Shown here: one piece after another, positions 53,361-64,000 of the stretch
Numbering within the stretch: position 1 is the stretch's first letter
How the letters are laid out: each line of letters opens with the position of its first letter
DNA from: Octopus vulgaris
Taxonomy: Eukaryota
NCBI GenBank assembly: GCA_951406725.2
Contig: OX597815.1
Span: 36,332,001 to 36,396,000 of the forward strand
Direction: 5' to 3'
Length of the DNA stretch: 64,000 nucleotides
The notes under the pieces: model-generated
What the model was told of the DNA's origin: nothing
Seen by the model: the letters and a program-made list of their open reading frames with translations, nothing else
The model's database searches: none
Program-made: the position numbers and the translations under genes

Positions 53361-53768
53361 TATTTATTTCTTTACCTCAGATATATTATTAGTATCTACT
53401 AATAGTTTCATTTCATACAATACTATTTATGTTTATGTCAAACTAACTTAGGTTTTATATATACATATACAGGCACAGGTAATGGTTGTGTGGTTAAGTT
53501 CACTTCCCAACTATGTGATTGTAGGTTAAGTCCCACTATGGGTAAGTGTCTTGTATTACAAAACACTTGCCCATAGTGTGCTGTAGTACATGGTATACTA
53601 TTAGCCCTGGGTTGATCAAAGCCTTGTGAGTGGATTTGATAGGCAGAAGCTGAAAGAAGACTATTGTGCATGAAAAAGTGAATGTTAAATAATGATGACA
53701 TACTATAACACTCTATGAACATTTGATAACTTGTACATCATATATTACTCCCTAAACACATTATAGTA

Positions 53769-53984
53769 GGTGTTTATAAGCCATTTAAGAAACACACTAA
53801 AACTGTTAGATTCACTTCAACATTTAAATTTGATTTGCCAAAATATTTTCATTGCTTTGAGATCGTGACCTGTTCACTGACAAAACTCTGTGCTGCTTAT
53901 AAACACCTTCCACGCTGCAATTGTTTTCGTTCCAGCACACGATCTCAGATCAGGTCACTTGCTATGCAAGTACATCTCTGTAAT
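53769..53984. mobile_element. Third copy of the Penelope-like inverted-pLTR family; minus-strand hammerhead core GTGAACA at 53871-53877
   Basis: 11-bp TSD ACATTATAGTA (53758-53768 / 53985-53995). Aligns with 19524-19765. Confidence 0.78.
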
Positions 53985-54623
53985 ACATTATAGTATATTT
54001 ATTATATACTCCTTAAATACATACTAAATTACTCTGGAAACAATTGGTAATATATGGGAATTGGTTGCTATTATTTCCAACTATGTTAGCAGGTATAAAT
54101 TAAACTGGGTATCTTGATTAAGAATGTTAGTATAATGTCTGTAGTGCAACATGAACTCAGGAATGACAAGTTATGAATTCTTGGTAACAAGCCATGTGTT
54201 AGCATCTAAGCAGTACAGTTATTGAATCAATGCAATGGTGTGTGCGCGTGTGTGTTGTAGGCATGGTTGTGTGGTTAAGGAATTCATGCAATCATGAAGG
54301 ACCAAGTTTGAACCCCCTATGTGACATCATGTGCAACTGTTTTCAACCACAGACCTGGGATGGCCCCAGCCTTGTGAATGGAATTGGGGTAGATGGAATC
54401 TAAGTAGAAACTTAGATGAAATGTATCTGCAACTCAAAGGTCTTGAGATCAAACTTCACTGCTTACCCCCAACACAGCTTTAGTTTTATATGCGATATGT
54501 GTATGCTCTTCTATTAGTTTTTTTTTTTAATGGTTTAAAACAATAAAGATACTAAACACTGGATATGCCTTGTATATCATAAATGAAGTCAGCAACAAGA
54601 CATCCTCAAGTAGAGGAAGATAT

Positions 54624-55011
54624 GGATGGAAGCACTCTGTCGGTTACGACGACAAGGGTTTCGGTTAATCCGATCAACGGAACAGTCTGCTCGTGAAATT
54701 AACGTGTAAGTGGCTGAGCACTCCACAGACACGTGTACCCTTAACGTAGTTCTTGGGGATATTCAGCGTGACACAGAGAGTGACAAGGCCGGCCCCTTGA
54801 AATACAGGTACAACAGAAACAGGAAGTAAGAGTGAGAGAAAGTTGTGGTGAAAGAGTACAGCAGGGATCACCACCATCCCCTGCCGGAGCCTCATGGAGC
54901 TTTAGGTGTTTTCGCTCAATAAACACTCACAACGCCCGGTCTGGGAATCGAAACCGCGATCCTACGACCGCGAGTCCGCTGCCCTAACCACTGGGCCATT
55001 GCGCCTCCACA
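54624..55011 (-). mobile_element. tRNA-Arg-like SINE family C
   Basis: 12-bp TSD AGAGGAAGATAT (54612-54623 / 55012-55023). Reverse complement of 40607-40988. Confidence 0.92.
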
Positions 55012-55406
55012 AGAGGAAGATATATCATACTGTGATAAGCGGTTGTCTTAAAAAAGAAACTTTTTGGACATCAAGGGGATTAAAAGGTAAAATTTTATCT
55101 GTTTAGAATATCTTCAGTGAGATGTATGATTTAGCAAACTCTGTGTATGCCAGCCTGAAGATGCATATTCAACCAGTGTTGCTGCTGCTGCTAGCAGCAA
55201 CAGCAACAACAATCCTTTCTACTGGAGGCACAAGGCCTGAAATTTGTGGGGAGGGGACTAGTTGATTACATTGACCACCAGTGTTTCTCTGGTGCTTAAT
55301 TTATAGACCCCGAAAGGATGAATGACAAAATCAACCTTGGCAGAATTTGAACTCAGAACGTAGCGACAAGCAAAATACCACAAACATTTCATCCAGCATG
55401 CTAATA

Positions 55407-55570
55407 TTAGGTCATCAAGTACAAAATTTGTAGAAAAGATATAAAAGTTTGCTAATGTTTTATAAATACAAGGGATAGTTTTATTCATCAAAGTATGCAC
55501 CCATATTGTCAATACACTTTTGCCATTTCAGCGGTAGCTTGACCAGCCTGGAACTGTAAATGTCTGGCAA
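55407..55570 (-). mobile_element. 3' half of a second mariner family (transposase C-terminus + TIR)
   Basis: TA + TIR TTAGGTCATCAAGTACAAAATTTGTAG. Minus-strand LPDIYSSRLVKLPLKWQKCIDNMGAYFDE*. Confidence 0.8.
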
Positions 55571-56633
55571 TCATCAACATCATTGTCATTTAATGTCCGC
55601 TTTCCATGCTAGCATGGGTTGGACGATTTTGATTGAAGGCTGGCAAACCAGATGGCTGCACCAGGCTCCAGTCTTGATCTGGAAGAGCTTCTACAGCTGG
55701 ATGCCCTTCCTAACGCCAACCACTCCGAGAGTGTAGTGGGTGCTTTTTACGTGCCACTGGCATGGGGGCCAGTCAGGCGGTACTGGCAATGACCTCGCTC
55801 GAATCTTTTTACACGTGCCAGTGAAGCGACGTTGGTAACGATCATGCTTGAATGGTGCCCTTTTACGTGCCACGGGTATGGAAGCCAATTGGCTGCTCTG
55901 GCAACGATCATGCTCGGATGGTGTTCTTGGCACCCTACTAGCACAGGCATAAGTGCCAATAAGGCGACGCTGGTAACAATCATACTCAAATAGCCGCTCT
56001 GTCAATGATTACACTCGTATGGTGCCCTTTGCACCCTGCTAGCACAGATGCCGGTCATCGAAATTATTTTGATTTTAATTTTGATTTCACTTGCCTCAAC
56101 AGGCAAAGTTTAGTGACCAGAGAAGGAAAAGGTACACATAAGCGGGCTGGTTATGCTCCTGACATAGGCCATGGGTTATGGTCTCATCTGGCTTGCCGGG
56201 TCTTCTCGAGCACAGCATATTTCCAAAAGTCTCGGTCACTAGTTATTTCCTTGGTGAGGCCTAATGTTCAAAGGTCGTGATTCACCACTTCATCCCAGGT
56301 CTTCCTGGGTCTACCTCTTCCACACGTTCCCTCAACCTCTAGGGTGTGGCACTATTTCACACAGCTATCCTCATCCATTCTTGCCACATGACCATACCAG
56401 CACAGTCGTCTCTCTTGCACACCACATCTAATGATTCTTAGGTCCCACTTTTCTCTCAAGGTTTTACACTCTGTTGAGTATGCATACTGACATTACACAT
56501 CCATTGGATCATACTGGCTTCATTCCTTGCGAGCTTACACATATCCTCAGCAGTCACAGCCCATGTTTCACTGCCGTGTAGCATGGCTGTTTGTACACAT
56601 GCATCATACAGTCTACCTTTTACTCTGAGTGAG
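55571..56633 (-). mobile_element. 5'-truncated RTE LINE with complete 3' UTR, inserted in the mariner
   Basis: Minus strand LRVKGRLYDACVQTAMLHGSETWAVT..RRLCWYGHVARMD..GRGRPRKTWDEVV..DRDFWKYAVLEKTRQAR* (stop 56184-56186), followed by a repeat-containing UTR and GAT-like tail. Confidence 0.9.
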
Positions 56634-56676
56634 TTGATCTATAAAAAATTGTTTTTATTTTCTTAGGAGGGAGTGA

Positions 56677-57979
56677 ATGTTATGCAAACTGTGCTATGAT
56701 TTGAGTGACCTCCCTTGATATAAAGAGCATGCACATTTAATGATCAGAGAGAGCAGTCATTTTGAATAACATACACTGAATCGAGAATATCATAGATAAC
56801 ACTATAAGACACTTTACCATTGTGGACTATGACTGGAAATTAGTTTCTTTAAACCAGGAATTACTATGATACAGAACACCAGACCAGCCATCTCCAACAG
56901 TTACAATTAGTTTATACCAACCTCTTGTATTACACTGAGACACAAAGAATATGCCTATGTACATATTAGACAAAACAAAGAATAAGCATATGTACATATT
57001 AGACAAAACAAAATTCACTACTATATAGTATTACTCCAGCATGACTAGCATCAACAGTGATCTGAACTGATTAAATCTATTGAGCTGAATTAATCTCCAT
57101 GTGTGTGTATGTGAATAATAGTAAATGAATTGGACTATATGCTTTATTGCATATCACTACAATTGTTTAAATGTTGAATCAGCAGTAGACATATTCCTGA
57201 AGCATTATATAAAAGATAAGTTAACATATCATGTCATTATTATTATTATTATTATTACAACTGATAGCACACCGGGCAAAATGTTTAGCAGCATTTTATC
57301 CATCTTTACGTTCTGAGTTCAAATGCCACCAAGATTGACTTTGCCTTTCATCCTTTTGGGGTCAATAGAATAAGCACCAGTTGAGCACTGGGGCTGTTGT
57401 AATCAACTAGCCCCATCCCACAAAATTTCAAGCCTTGTGCCTATAGTAGAAAGGATTATTATTATTAAAAAGGCAGTCAGCTGGCAGAATTATTAGGTCA
57501 TCAAGTATGAAATTTGTAGTAAGGTATATGGTAAACTTTGATAGCTGCACATTTTGTGCCATTATTATATTTTGACAATCTTTATCTTTTGTTTATTCTA
57601 ACTCATTTTGCACTTTATAAAGTATTTATAAATTGTTTTTTCTTATTTTCGTTTAGAGATAAATAAGTTGGAAATTTGTACAGTTTTGAAATATGAGTTC
57701 TTTCTTGGAAAGTACAATCGGAATGTACATAAATGAGCATACACAAAAACTGAAAATAAGTCTGTAAAACATTTTATTACAGTCTGAGTTGATGTGTCAG
57801 ATAACCAAACAGAAACTGAGAGTATTCGTCAATGATTGTTAGAAGAATAAGTGTCTTATAACAATATTCTCAATTCAATGAATGTTATTCAAAATGGCAG
57901 CTCTCTCTCAGATCATCAAATGCGCATGCTCTTTATATCAAGGGAAGTCACTCAAATCATAGCACAATTCACATAACAT
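56677..57979. repeat. ~135-bp inverted repeat pair (56677-56814 / 57849-57979) bounding an inverted segment
   Basis: GTGCTATGATTTGAGTGACCTCCCTTGATATAAAGAGCATGC / GCATGCTCTTTATATCAAGGGAAGTCACTCAAATCATAGCAC and flanking matches. Confidence 0.85.
57493..57760 (+). mobile_element. 5' half of the second mariner (TIR + transposase N-terminus)
   Basis: TA + TIR TTAGGTCATCAAGTATGAAATTTGTAG. Plus-strand (I)NKLEICTVLKYEFFLG from 57659 matches the mariner MxKxEIRxxxxYEFxLG start. Confidence 0.7.
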
Positions 57980-60284
57980 CTAGGATGTAATTAATAGTTG
58001 AAAATACATAGATTTTTTTTTGGCCTTATACCAAAATTTGGTTCTTTTTCTTAGTGAGTCTTCCCAGTATAGATGAGGGCTCTTCTGCACCCAGGAAGAT
58101 AGAATTTCAGTGCAAGGAATCATTCTCAGTAATTTAAATCTTTAACTTGCACCTTTTTGTCCAAGAATGCATTTCTATTCAAAACATATTTTTAATGAAA
58201 TGTCAGCTGTACTAAAATTTTTTGCTTGCAAAGCATTCTTCCTTATGGTCTCCCATTTAGAAAGGATTGTCCCCATTTAGGCACTCATGCAAAACACAAA
58301 GACTAAGTTGAGAGCACCTCACTAGAACACTATCACAGCAACCGTTCTGTATTCATTGTTGTTTTATCAAACCTAAACCAAAATACTTAAATCTAAACAC
58401 CATATAACAACTACTTAACTTGCCACAATTAGTAGCCAAATCCCACTCAAATCAAACCCCTACTGTCTTTAAAAGATAAGTGGGGGACATATTGGGCATT
58501 GTAATACGAAATACACTGTGTCCAACAAAAAAGGAAAATGAGACGTTTATAGCAAGACTGCTATTGATCATATTCCTACATGGTCAGGACTGACACAGAG
58601 TGAAACAATAACAACAAAGAAGAGAAGTTAAAAGTATTAAAACATTACAACCACTTGCTCATCACATCCCAACATTTAGCAACATTACCAATCAATTAAA
58701 ATAAAAGGAGCTACTATGTAGTCACTCAACCTATAAGAAATAGCAGGTAAATTGCCCAAACACTATACTACCTGAAAAAAGAAAAGGCACACTGAGCAAT
58801 ATAGTCCTAAATATGCAACAACAACAAAAAAAAAGAAAGAAAAATTGAGTGTTGATCACATTTGGAATGCCATTGTTCATAAGTTGTTCAATCAAAGCTT
58901 AATTTGAGTCAAAATAGAACAATAGCACAACATTCTAAAACCAATAATGGTTGAGTGTGATTTGAGGAATAGTTGAGTGCTATTTCTAGCAGGTTGAGTG
59001 ACCATGTAAAGGCTTGCTCATTGGCTTGGAGTCTATGAGTTGATCTTTGATGCCCAATTAGCTTGTTCGATGCAACAAATTTGGACAGAATACGGAATAC
59101 GCAACAAAACCAACACCATTAATTTCCAAAAGTTCTATATTTTAGAAAAAAAGGCAAATGAGGAAATGATGCTTGTGTTTTTGGCAATAATAGCAATAGA
59201 CTTCTTAGCTGGCCCCTCCCCTCTCTCACAAACACACAAATGATAGCAAACACGCATTTCACTATATATACAACTGCCCCCGTCATCACCATCATCATTG
59301 TCAACCTCTTCAATTACTTTTTCAATCCCTATTGCACACTGTCATGGGTTACTTAAACTTTACATAAATTGCAAAGTTTCAATTTCACACAAGACCAGTA
59401 AAACTATAGAGACAAAGAGATTGCTATAATGGACTTATTTTCATAATAAACTGTTTTATTTTTTTTTCTCTCTACCCATGTTTTTATAACAGTAACAGAA
59501 GAGTTTACAGAAAGAGTGGGTAAATGAGAACTATGAAGAAAACTAACGAACCAGAGATGGTTTTAACAATAGTAAAATTGTTTCTATAGCATCAGTTATA
59601 GCTATCAGACATTATTCACTTCAAATTTGTTCCAGATATATAAATCACATCTGTGTTCTACACCAAATAAACACACATCAATATATCATATACACACATA
59701 AAGGCCATTAATTAATTCTACAGACTTCCCATATATTTGTCCAAACTCTTTTTATTCCTTGTACCTTCATATGCAGCCTCAAAGACATGTGTATTTATGT
59801 GTGTGAGTATTTGCAGTATGTAATATACACTTAAAATTTATCTTCAAAATTTCAAGAGTTATTTTCCTTGCTTTCTCACCATCTTTTTTTTCTTCCTTGC
59901 ATACTCACATGCAAAAACTATGTGTGTGCGTGTGTTTTAATTAAGGCTGAGAATAATAAAGTGAAGACAGAGCAAAACAAAATGTAATTATTATTTTAAA
60001 AGTTAATGAGAATTTTGAACAGAAATGTTTTTGACGTTTTGAGCTTAAGTACTTCAGAAACACAGTTACAAGGGAAAAGTGGAGATAAATAAAATTTTTT
60101 TAAAAGATAAGTAACAGAGAAATATGTGTCAGTCTCTGTCAGCTCAGGATATGTTGAATATATATATATATATATATATAAATAGGTGAGTGTATTTTTG
60201 CTTTGTTAATAATTAACATGGAAAAATAGATAAATAGTTACCATCATTTTTTGCTAAAATATCTTATTGATGAGTTTCGTTTTT

Positions 60285-60377
60285 TCACTTCTCTGAAGAG
60301 AAGATTGCATTGTTTTATACCATTTATTCTTTTGAATAATATCAGTGAAATCTTTGAAACATGTGTCGACAGTAAAA
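60285..60377 (+). ncRNA. Type I hammerhead ribozyme-like motif with long stem II (Penelope-like pLTR next to (TA)n)
   Basis: CTGAAGA (60293-60299), stem II 60300-60312 / 60343-60355, GAAA (60356-60359), stem III ACA-TG-TGT, GTC triplet. Stem I is weak. Confidence 0.6.
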
Positions 60378-60580
60378 GTATTTGATTTATACCTGCGTTA
60401 AACTTCATTTCATCATCATCATCGTTTAATGTCCGCCTTCCATGCTAGCATGGGTTGGATGGTTCAACTGGGGTCTGGCAAGCTCGAGGGCTGCACCAGG
60501 CCAGTCAGATCTGGCAGTGTTTCTACAGCTGGATGCCCTTCCTGATGCCAACCACTCCGAGAGTGTAGTGGGTGATTTTA

Positions 60581-60838
60581 TGTGCCACCGACACAGGTGC
60601 CAGACGAGGCTGGCAGATGGCCACGCTCGGATGGTGTTTTTATGTGCCACCGACACAGGTGCCAGACGAGGCTGGCAGATGGCCACGCTCGGATGGTGTT
60701 TTTATGTGCCACCGACACAGGTGCCAGACGAGGCTGGCGAACGGCCACGCTCGGATGGTGTTTGTTACATGCCCTCAGCACGGAGGCCAGTCGATGCGGT
60801 ACTGGCTACGGTCACGTTCGGATGGTTTTCTTATGTGC
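60581..60838. repeat. 62-bp tandem repeat (3 near-identical + 1 diverged unit) inside an RTE 3' UTR
   Basis: TGTGCCACCGACACAGGTGCCAGACGAGGCTGGC..GGCCACGCTCGGATGGTGTTT starts at 60581, 60643 and 60705. Confidence 0.92.
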
Positions 60839-60857
60839 TACGTGTGTGCTTATGTGC

Positions 60858-60923
<66 letters not shown>

Positions 60924-61253
60924 ATACATATATATACATATATCAATTAAATGATGGATGATGACAATGATGATGATATAAACAAAATTGTATGTTCTGC
61001 AAAATGACAATAACATATGTGAAGACACAAACACACAAATGTACAAAAAACTTATGAGCAGATAGATCTTCCAACAAGATCAAAAAATAAACCCAAATAC
61101 TAAGCAAACAAAGAGGAAACATCCCACTTCCATTGCACACGCACGTGCGCGCACACACACACAGATTCATGTACCCCACTTTTACATACATACTCATATA
61201 TTTACACAGAGTTGAAATGCTGTTTGATTTTTTTTACAGCATACACTACCAAG

Positions 61254-61477
61254 TATGACATCACCTCTTCCTTATTCATCTATTACCCCTTCCTTTCTCA
61301 TTCATAAACACAAGAGTATTATCATAGTATATTATCTCAGTAACCATGGGAGCTATGAAAAATATGACACCACCCCTTCCTTCCTTATTCATCTATCACC
61401 CCTTCCTTTCTCATTCATAAACACGAGAGTATTATTATAGCAGAGTATTTCAGAAACCATGGGAGCTATGAAAAATA
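61254..61477. repeat. Tandem duplication of ~110 bp
   Basis: TATGACA..CCCCTTCCTTTCTCATTCATAAACAC..AACCATGGGAGCTATGAAAAATA occurs twice. Confidence 0.85.
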
Positions 61478-61569
61478 CAAAGCGCAGCATCACCTGTGTA
61501 ATTTTTCGCACAGTTCCACCCAGCCGTTTGACTGTGAATCCCAAGACAAGAAGGAATCACCCATGTCAA

Positions 61570-61603
<34 letters not shown>

Positions 61604-61817
61604 CACTGTGTGTACTAATGTGCCTGTGTTTGTCCCCCCACTATCACTTGACAACAGATATTGGTGTGTTTATGTCCCCGTAACTTAGCAGCTTGGTAAA
61701 AGAGACTGATAGAATAAGTACTAGACTTACGAAGAATAGCTCCTTGGGTTTAATGTGTTCAACTAAATGACTAAAGTAAAAGAGTCAATATAATATATAT
61801 ATATATATATATATATA

Positions 61818-63306
61818 CTAGCTGATGTGCCTGGTAATACCTGGAAAAGCAGGGATTATCCCTTGGTTCTTATTTCTTTATTACCCACTAGGGGCGATTA
61901 TCCCTTGGTTCTGTTCTCATAATTGCTTTGCTAATTCAATAACAACAAAACAAAGTATCGCCCTTAAAACGATTTTTGTGCATTTACAGAGAATACCGAA
62001 CTGTCTTCCACAGGATCTTGTTTTTAGAAATACCCAATAAGTTATGAATACCCAAATTGTGAAGTCCATTATGTAATAACCAAATGTGGAATTTCCTTGA
62101 CCTCCCATAGCTTGCACTCGGGTGTCCAGGTCAAGTAATGCCTCATTGTAAATGGTGTTACTCAATGTGGCAATTTCCACTGAGGTTTGCCTTTGAATCC
62201 TTTGTAAGATGTCCTCTGCCATGCTGGGTTTTTGGATCGCCCAAAGCTTGTGAGGTTCACGAAAGCCACATGTCATCAACATAACAGAAAATAGCTGGTG
62301 CAGTTGACTTAGTGCTCTGCTGACTGCTGTTTCCTCCAGTGTCTGGTCCCAGTAAGCATTGTCCCCCAGTAGCCTATGTTTGGTGCAGGCTTCTCTATAG
62401 GTCTTGCAGACTTCACATTGTGTCTTCGAAAGTCTGTGAACGATGCAGGACCTCTGACAATGTGTAGCAGTAGATGCAGAAAGAAACACTCCTTACTGAT
62501 TAGGATGCACAGTGTACATCTGCCCAATGACCTGACTTCTGAAGACAGCTTCTTCTTCCCAACCCTCAATGCATGTTCCTTGCTTACATCTGTTCCATCT
62601 GTTGTGTGCCCAGGTATAGTACATGGAGACGTCTACATACAACAATGTTTGGACAAGCAGATCACATTGGCAAAATTTGAAGAAAGCTGTCAAAGTGGTT
62701 TCTAGTAGATTCAGATCTACGTTTCAAGCATTGTCTTCTGTGAAATATACACACTGACCATTTTTAAGATGTACAGATAGATTTTAAGGTGTTCCTACAT
62801 GTAAACAGTGTGTGACCTTTGTGTTGACAGTGTATTTGTCTAAAAGCAGAACAGTTCTTCATACAGTGCTTGTCAATTGGCTGAAGGGGTATGAAAGGCA
62901 TTGTCATTCATGGTATATTTGTGAATAAGTCACCAACCGAAATAAGTGGATCTATTGTTTAGGAAAATACTATTTACTTGTTTAAGGGCCGTACTGGATA
63001 AATTGCAAAAATAACTAACTGTTCAAATACTAAGAAATACACATACTCAATTTGATTTATACGAAGTAATATAGGACAATGAATGGGTTACTTCCCTTCG
63101 ATGTTAAAAAAAATATATGTTATATATAAGGATCCCATCCAGGGGCCCTATTATCGACTTTTTCAACAATCTGAGTATATCATGAAACACGGGTTCTACT
63201 CACGTGTCAAGTTTCATCAAAACCTATAAAACGATGTAGGAGGAGTTGGCTGACAACTCCGCAAACAAACACACCCACAGACAGAATTTCCCATATATGT
63301 AGTAGA
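61818..63306 (-). mobile_element. Internally deleted Helitron with both termini
   Basis: Minus strand begins TC (63306) and ends CTAG (61818) between A and T in TA-rich flanks. RepHel-like peptides LSVHLKNGQCVYF, LLYVDVSMYYTW, IGQMYTVHP, LLLHIVRGPASFTDFR, TYREAC..LLGDNAYWDQTLEE..QLHQLF..MAEDIL. Confidence 0.88.
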
Positions 63307-63691
63307 TATATAGATAATACATACAGTAGTGGACTTGGTCAAAAAATATTGGTTGCCAGGAGACTGAGGGGGCCCACCTGCAACTACAATGCTATCATTG
63401 AATTTTTTTGTAATGTTAAAAGAATTCCTTTCAACTGTCTACAAACACAGCCAGGCTGAAATAATTAATGTATTCTGCCGCAGTGAGTAAAAAATTCTCA
63501 AACTTGAGGGGATGGGTCCCTTTACATACTAACATAATACCCCACATATAGATTCTAATGGCACAGGGGCTCACTTGCCATTGGGCAGGCTAGCAACCCG
63601 GCCAGCCTACGACTAAATAAATATATATATATATATATATATAATCTTTTTACTCAGGGACTAGAAGACCCAACACCATATCGGTGCACAC

Positions 63692-63735
63692 TCAAAGCGG
63701 TGATCAGTAATTTTATGAAACCGGTATGCCTTTGA
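63692..63735 (+). ncRNA. Minimal type I hammerhead-like motif with G3-C8 core, in a ~245-bp insert between (TA)n tracts
   Basis: TCAAAGCG-GTGATCA-GTAA-TT-TTAT-GAAA-CCGG-TA-TGCCTTTGA: stem I with one bulge, palindromic ACCGGT stem III, GUA triplet. Confidence 0.65.
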
Positions 63736-63888
63736 ATCTCTTTAACAATTCACAATAATGACTTTTATTACCTTTATTCCTACCTCAGTTCATCTAATTG
63801 TATATATGCATCGTTACTTTTCATAAAAAGCCTTTACTTTTTTTGATTTCCAATGTGCATATTCGCTTATTTTTCTTCTTACTTTCCC

Positions 63889-63932
<44 letters not shown>

Positions 63933-64000
63933 GTCAACGAATTACAGACATAACTAAATATATCCCCAATGGGTGTTATATATTTTTGATAACATAATAG

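Noticed and set aside
60581-60838. CRISPR-like array of regularly spaced repeats
   Set aside because: Units are fully tandem with no unique spacers, there are no cas genes, the context is eukaryotic, and it is part of an RTE 3' UTR.

Overview
AT-rich, CpG-depleted eukaryotic (animal) DNA made almost entirely of interspersed repeats and microsatellites. The repeat repertoire (tRNA-Arg-like SINEs, RTE 3' ends with (GAT)n tails, dense (TA)n/(CA)n) suggests a coleoid cephalopod such as Octopus, but that is inference. No intact protein-coding gene is supported; the region is probably intronic or intergenic, with one candidate small exon on the minus strand. Recognisable decayed elements are three mariner copies, a Dong/R4-type RLE LINE in a (TAA)n tract, several RTE fragments, a CR1-type 3' end, an internally deleted Helitron, hAT/piggyBac/Tc1 MITEs and at least four SINE families. 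The most notable signal is a set of short non-coding Penelope-like retro-insertions carrying minimal type I hammerhead ribozyme motifs. Two unrelated families have a swapped G3-C8 catalytic-core pair, one motif is fused to a tRNA-like head, and several sit in fold-back palindromes or beside (TA)n. A ~1.3 kb inversion can be reconstructed from a split mariner and a split SINE. All folds and alignments were done by eye and need computational confirmation.
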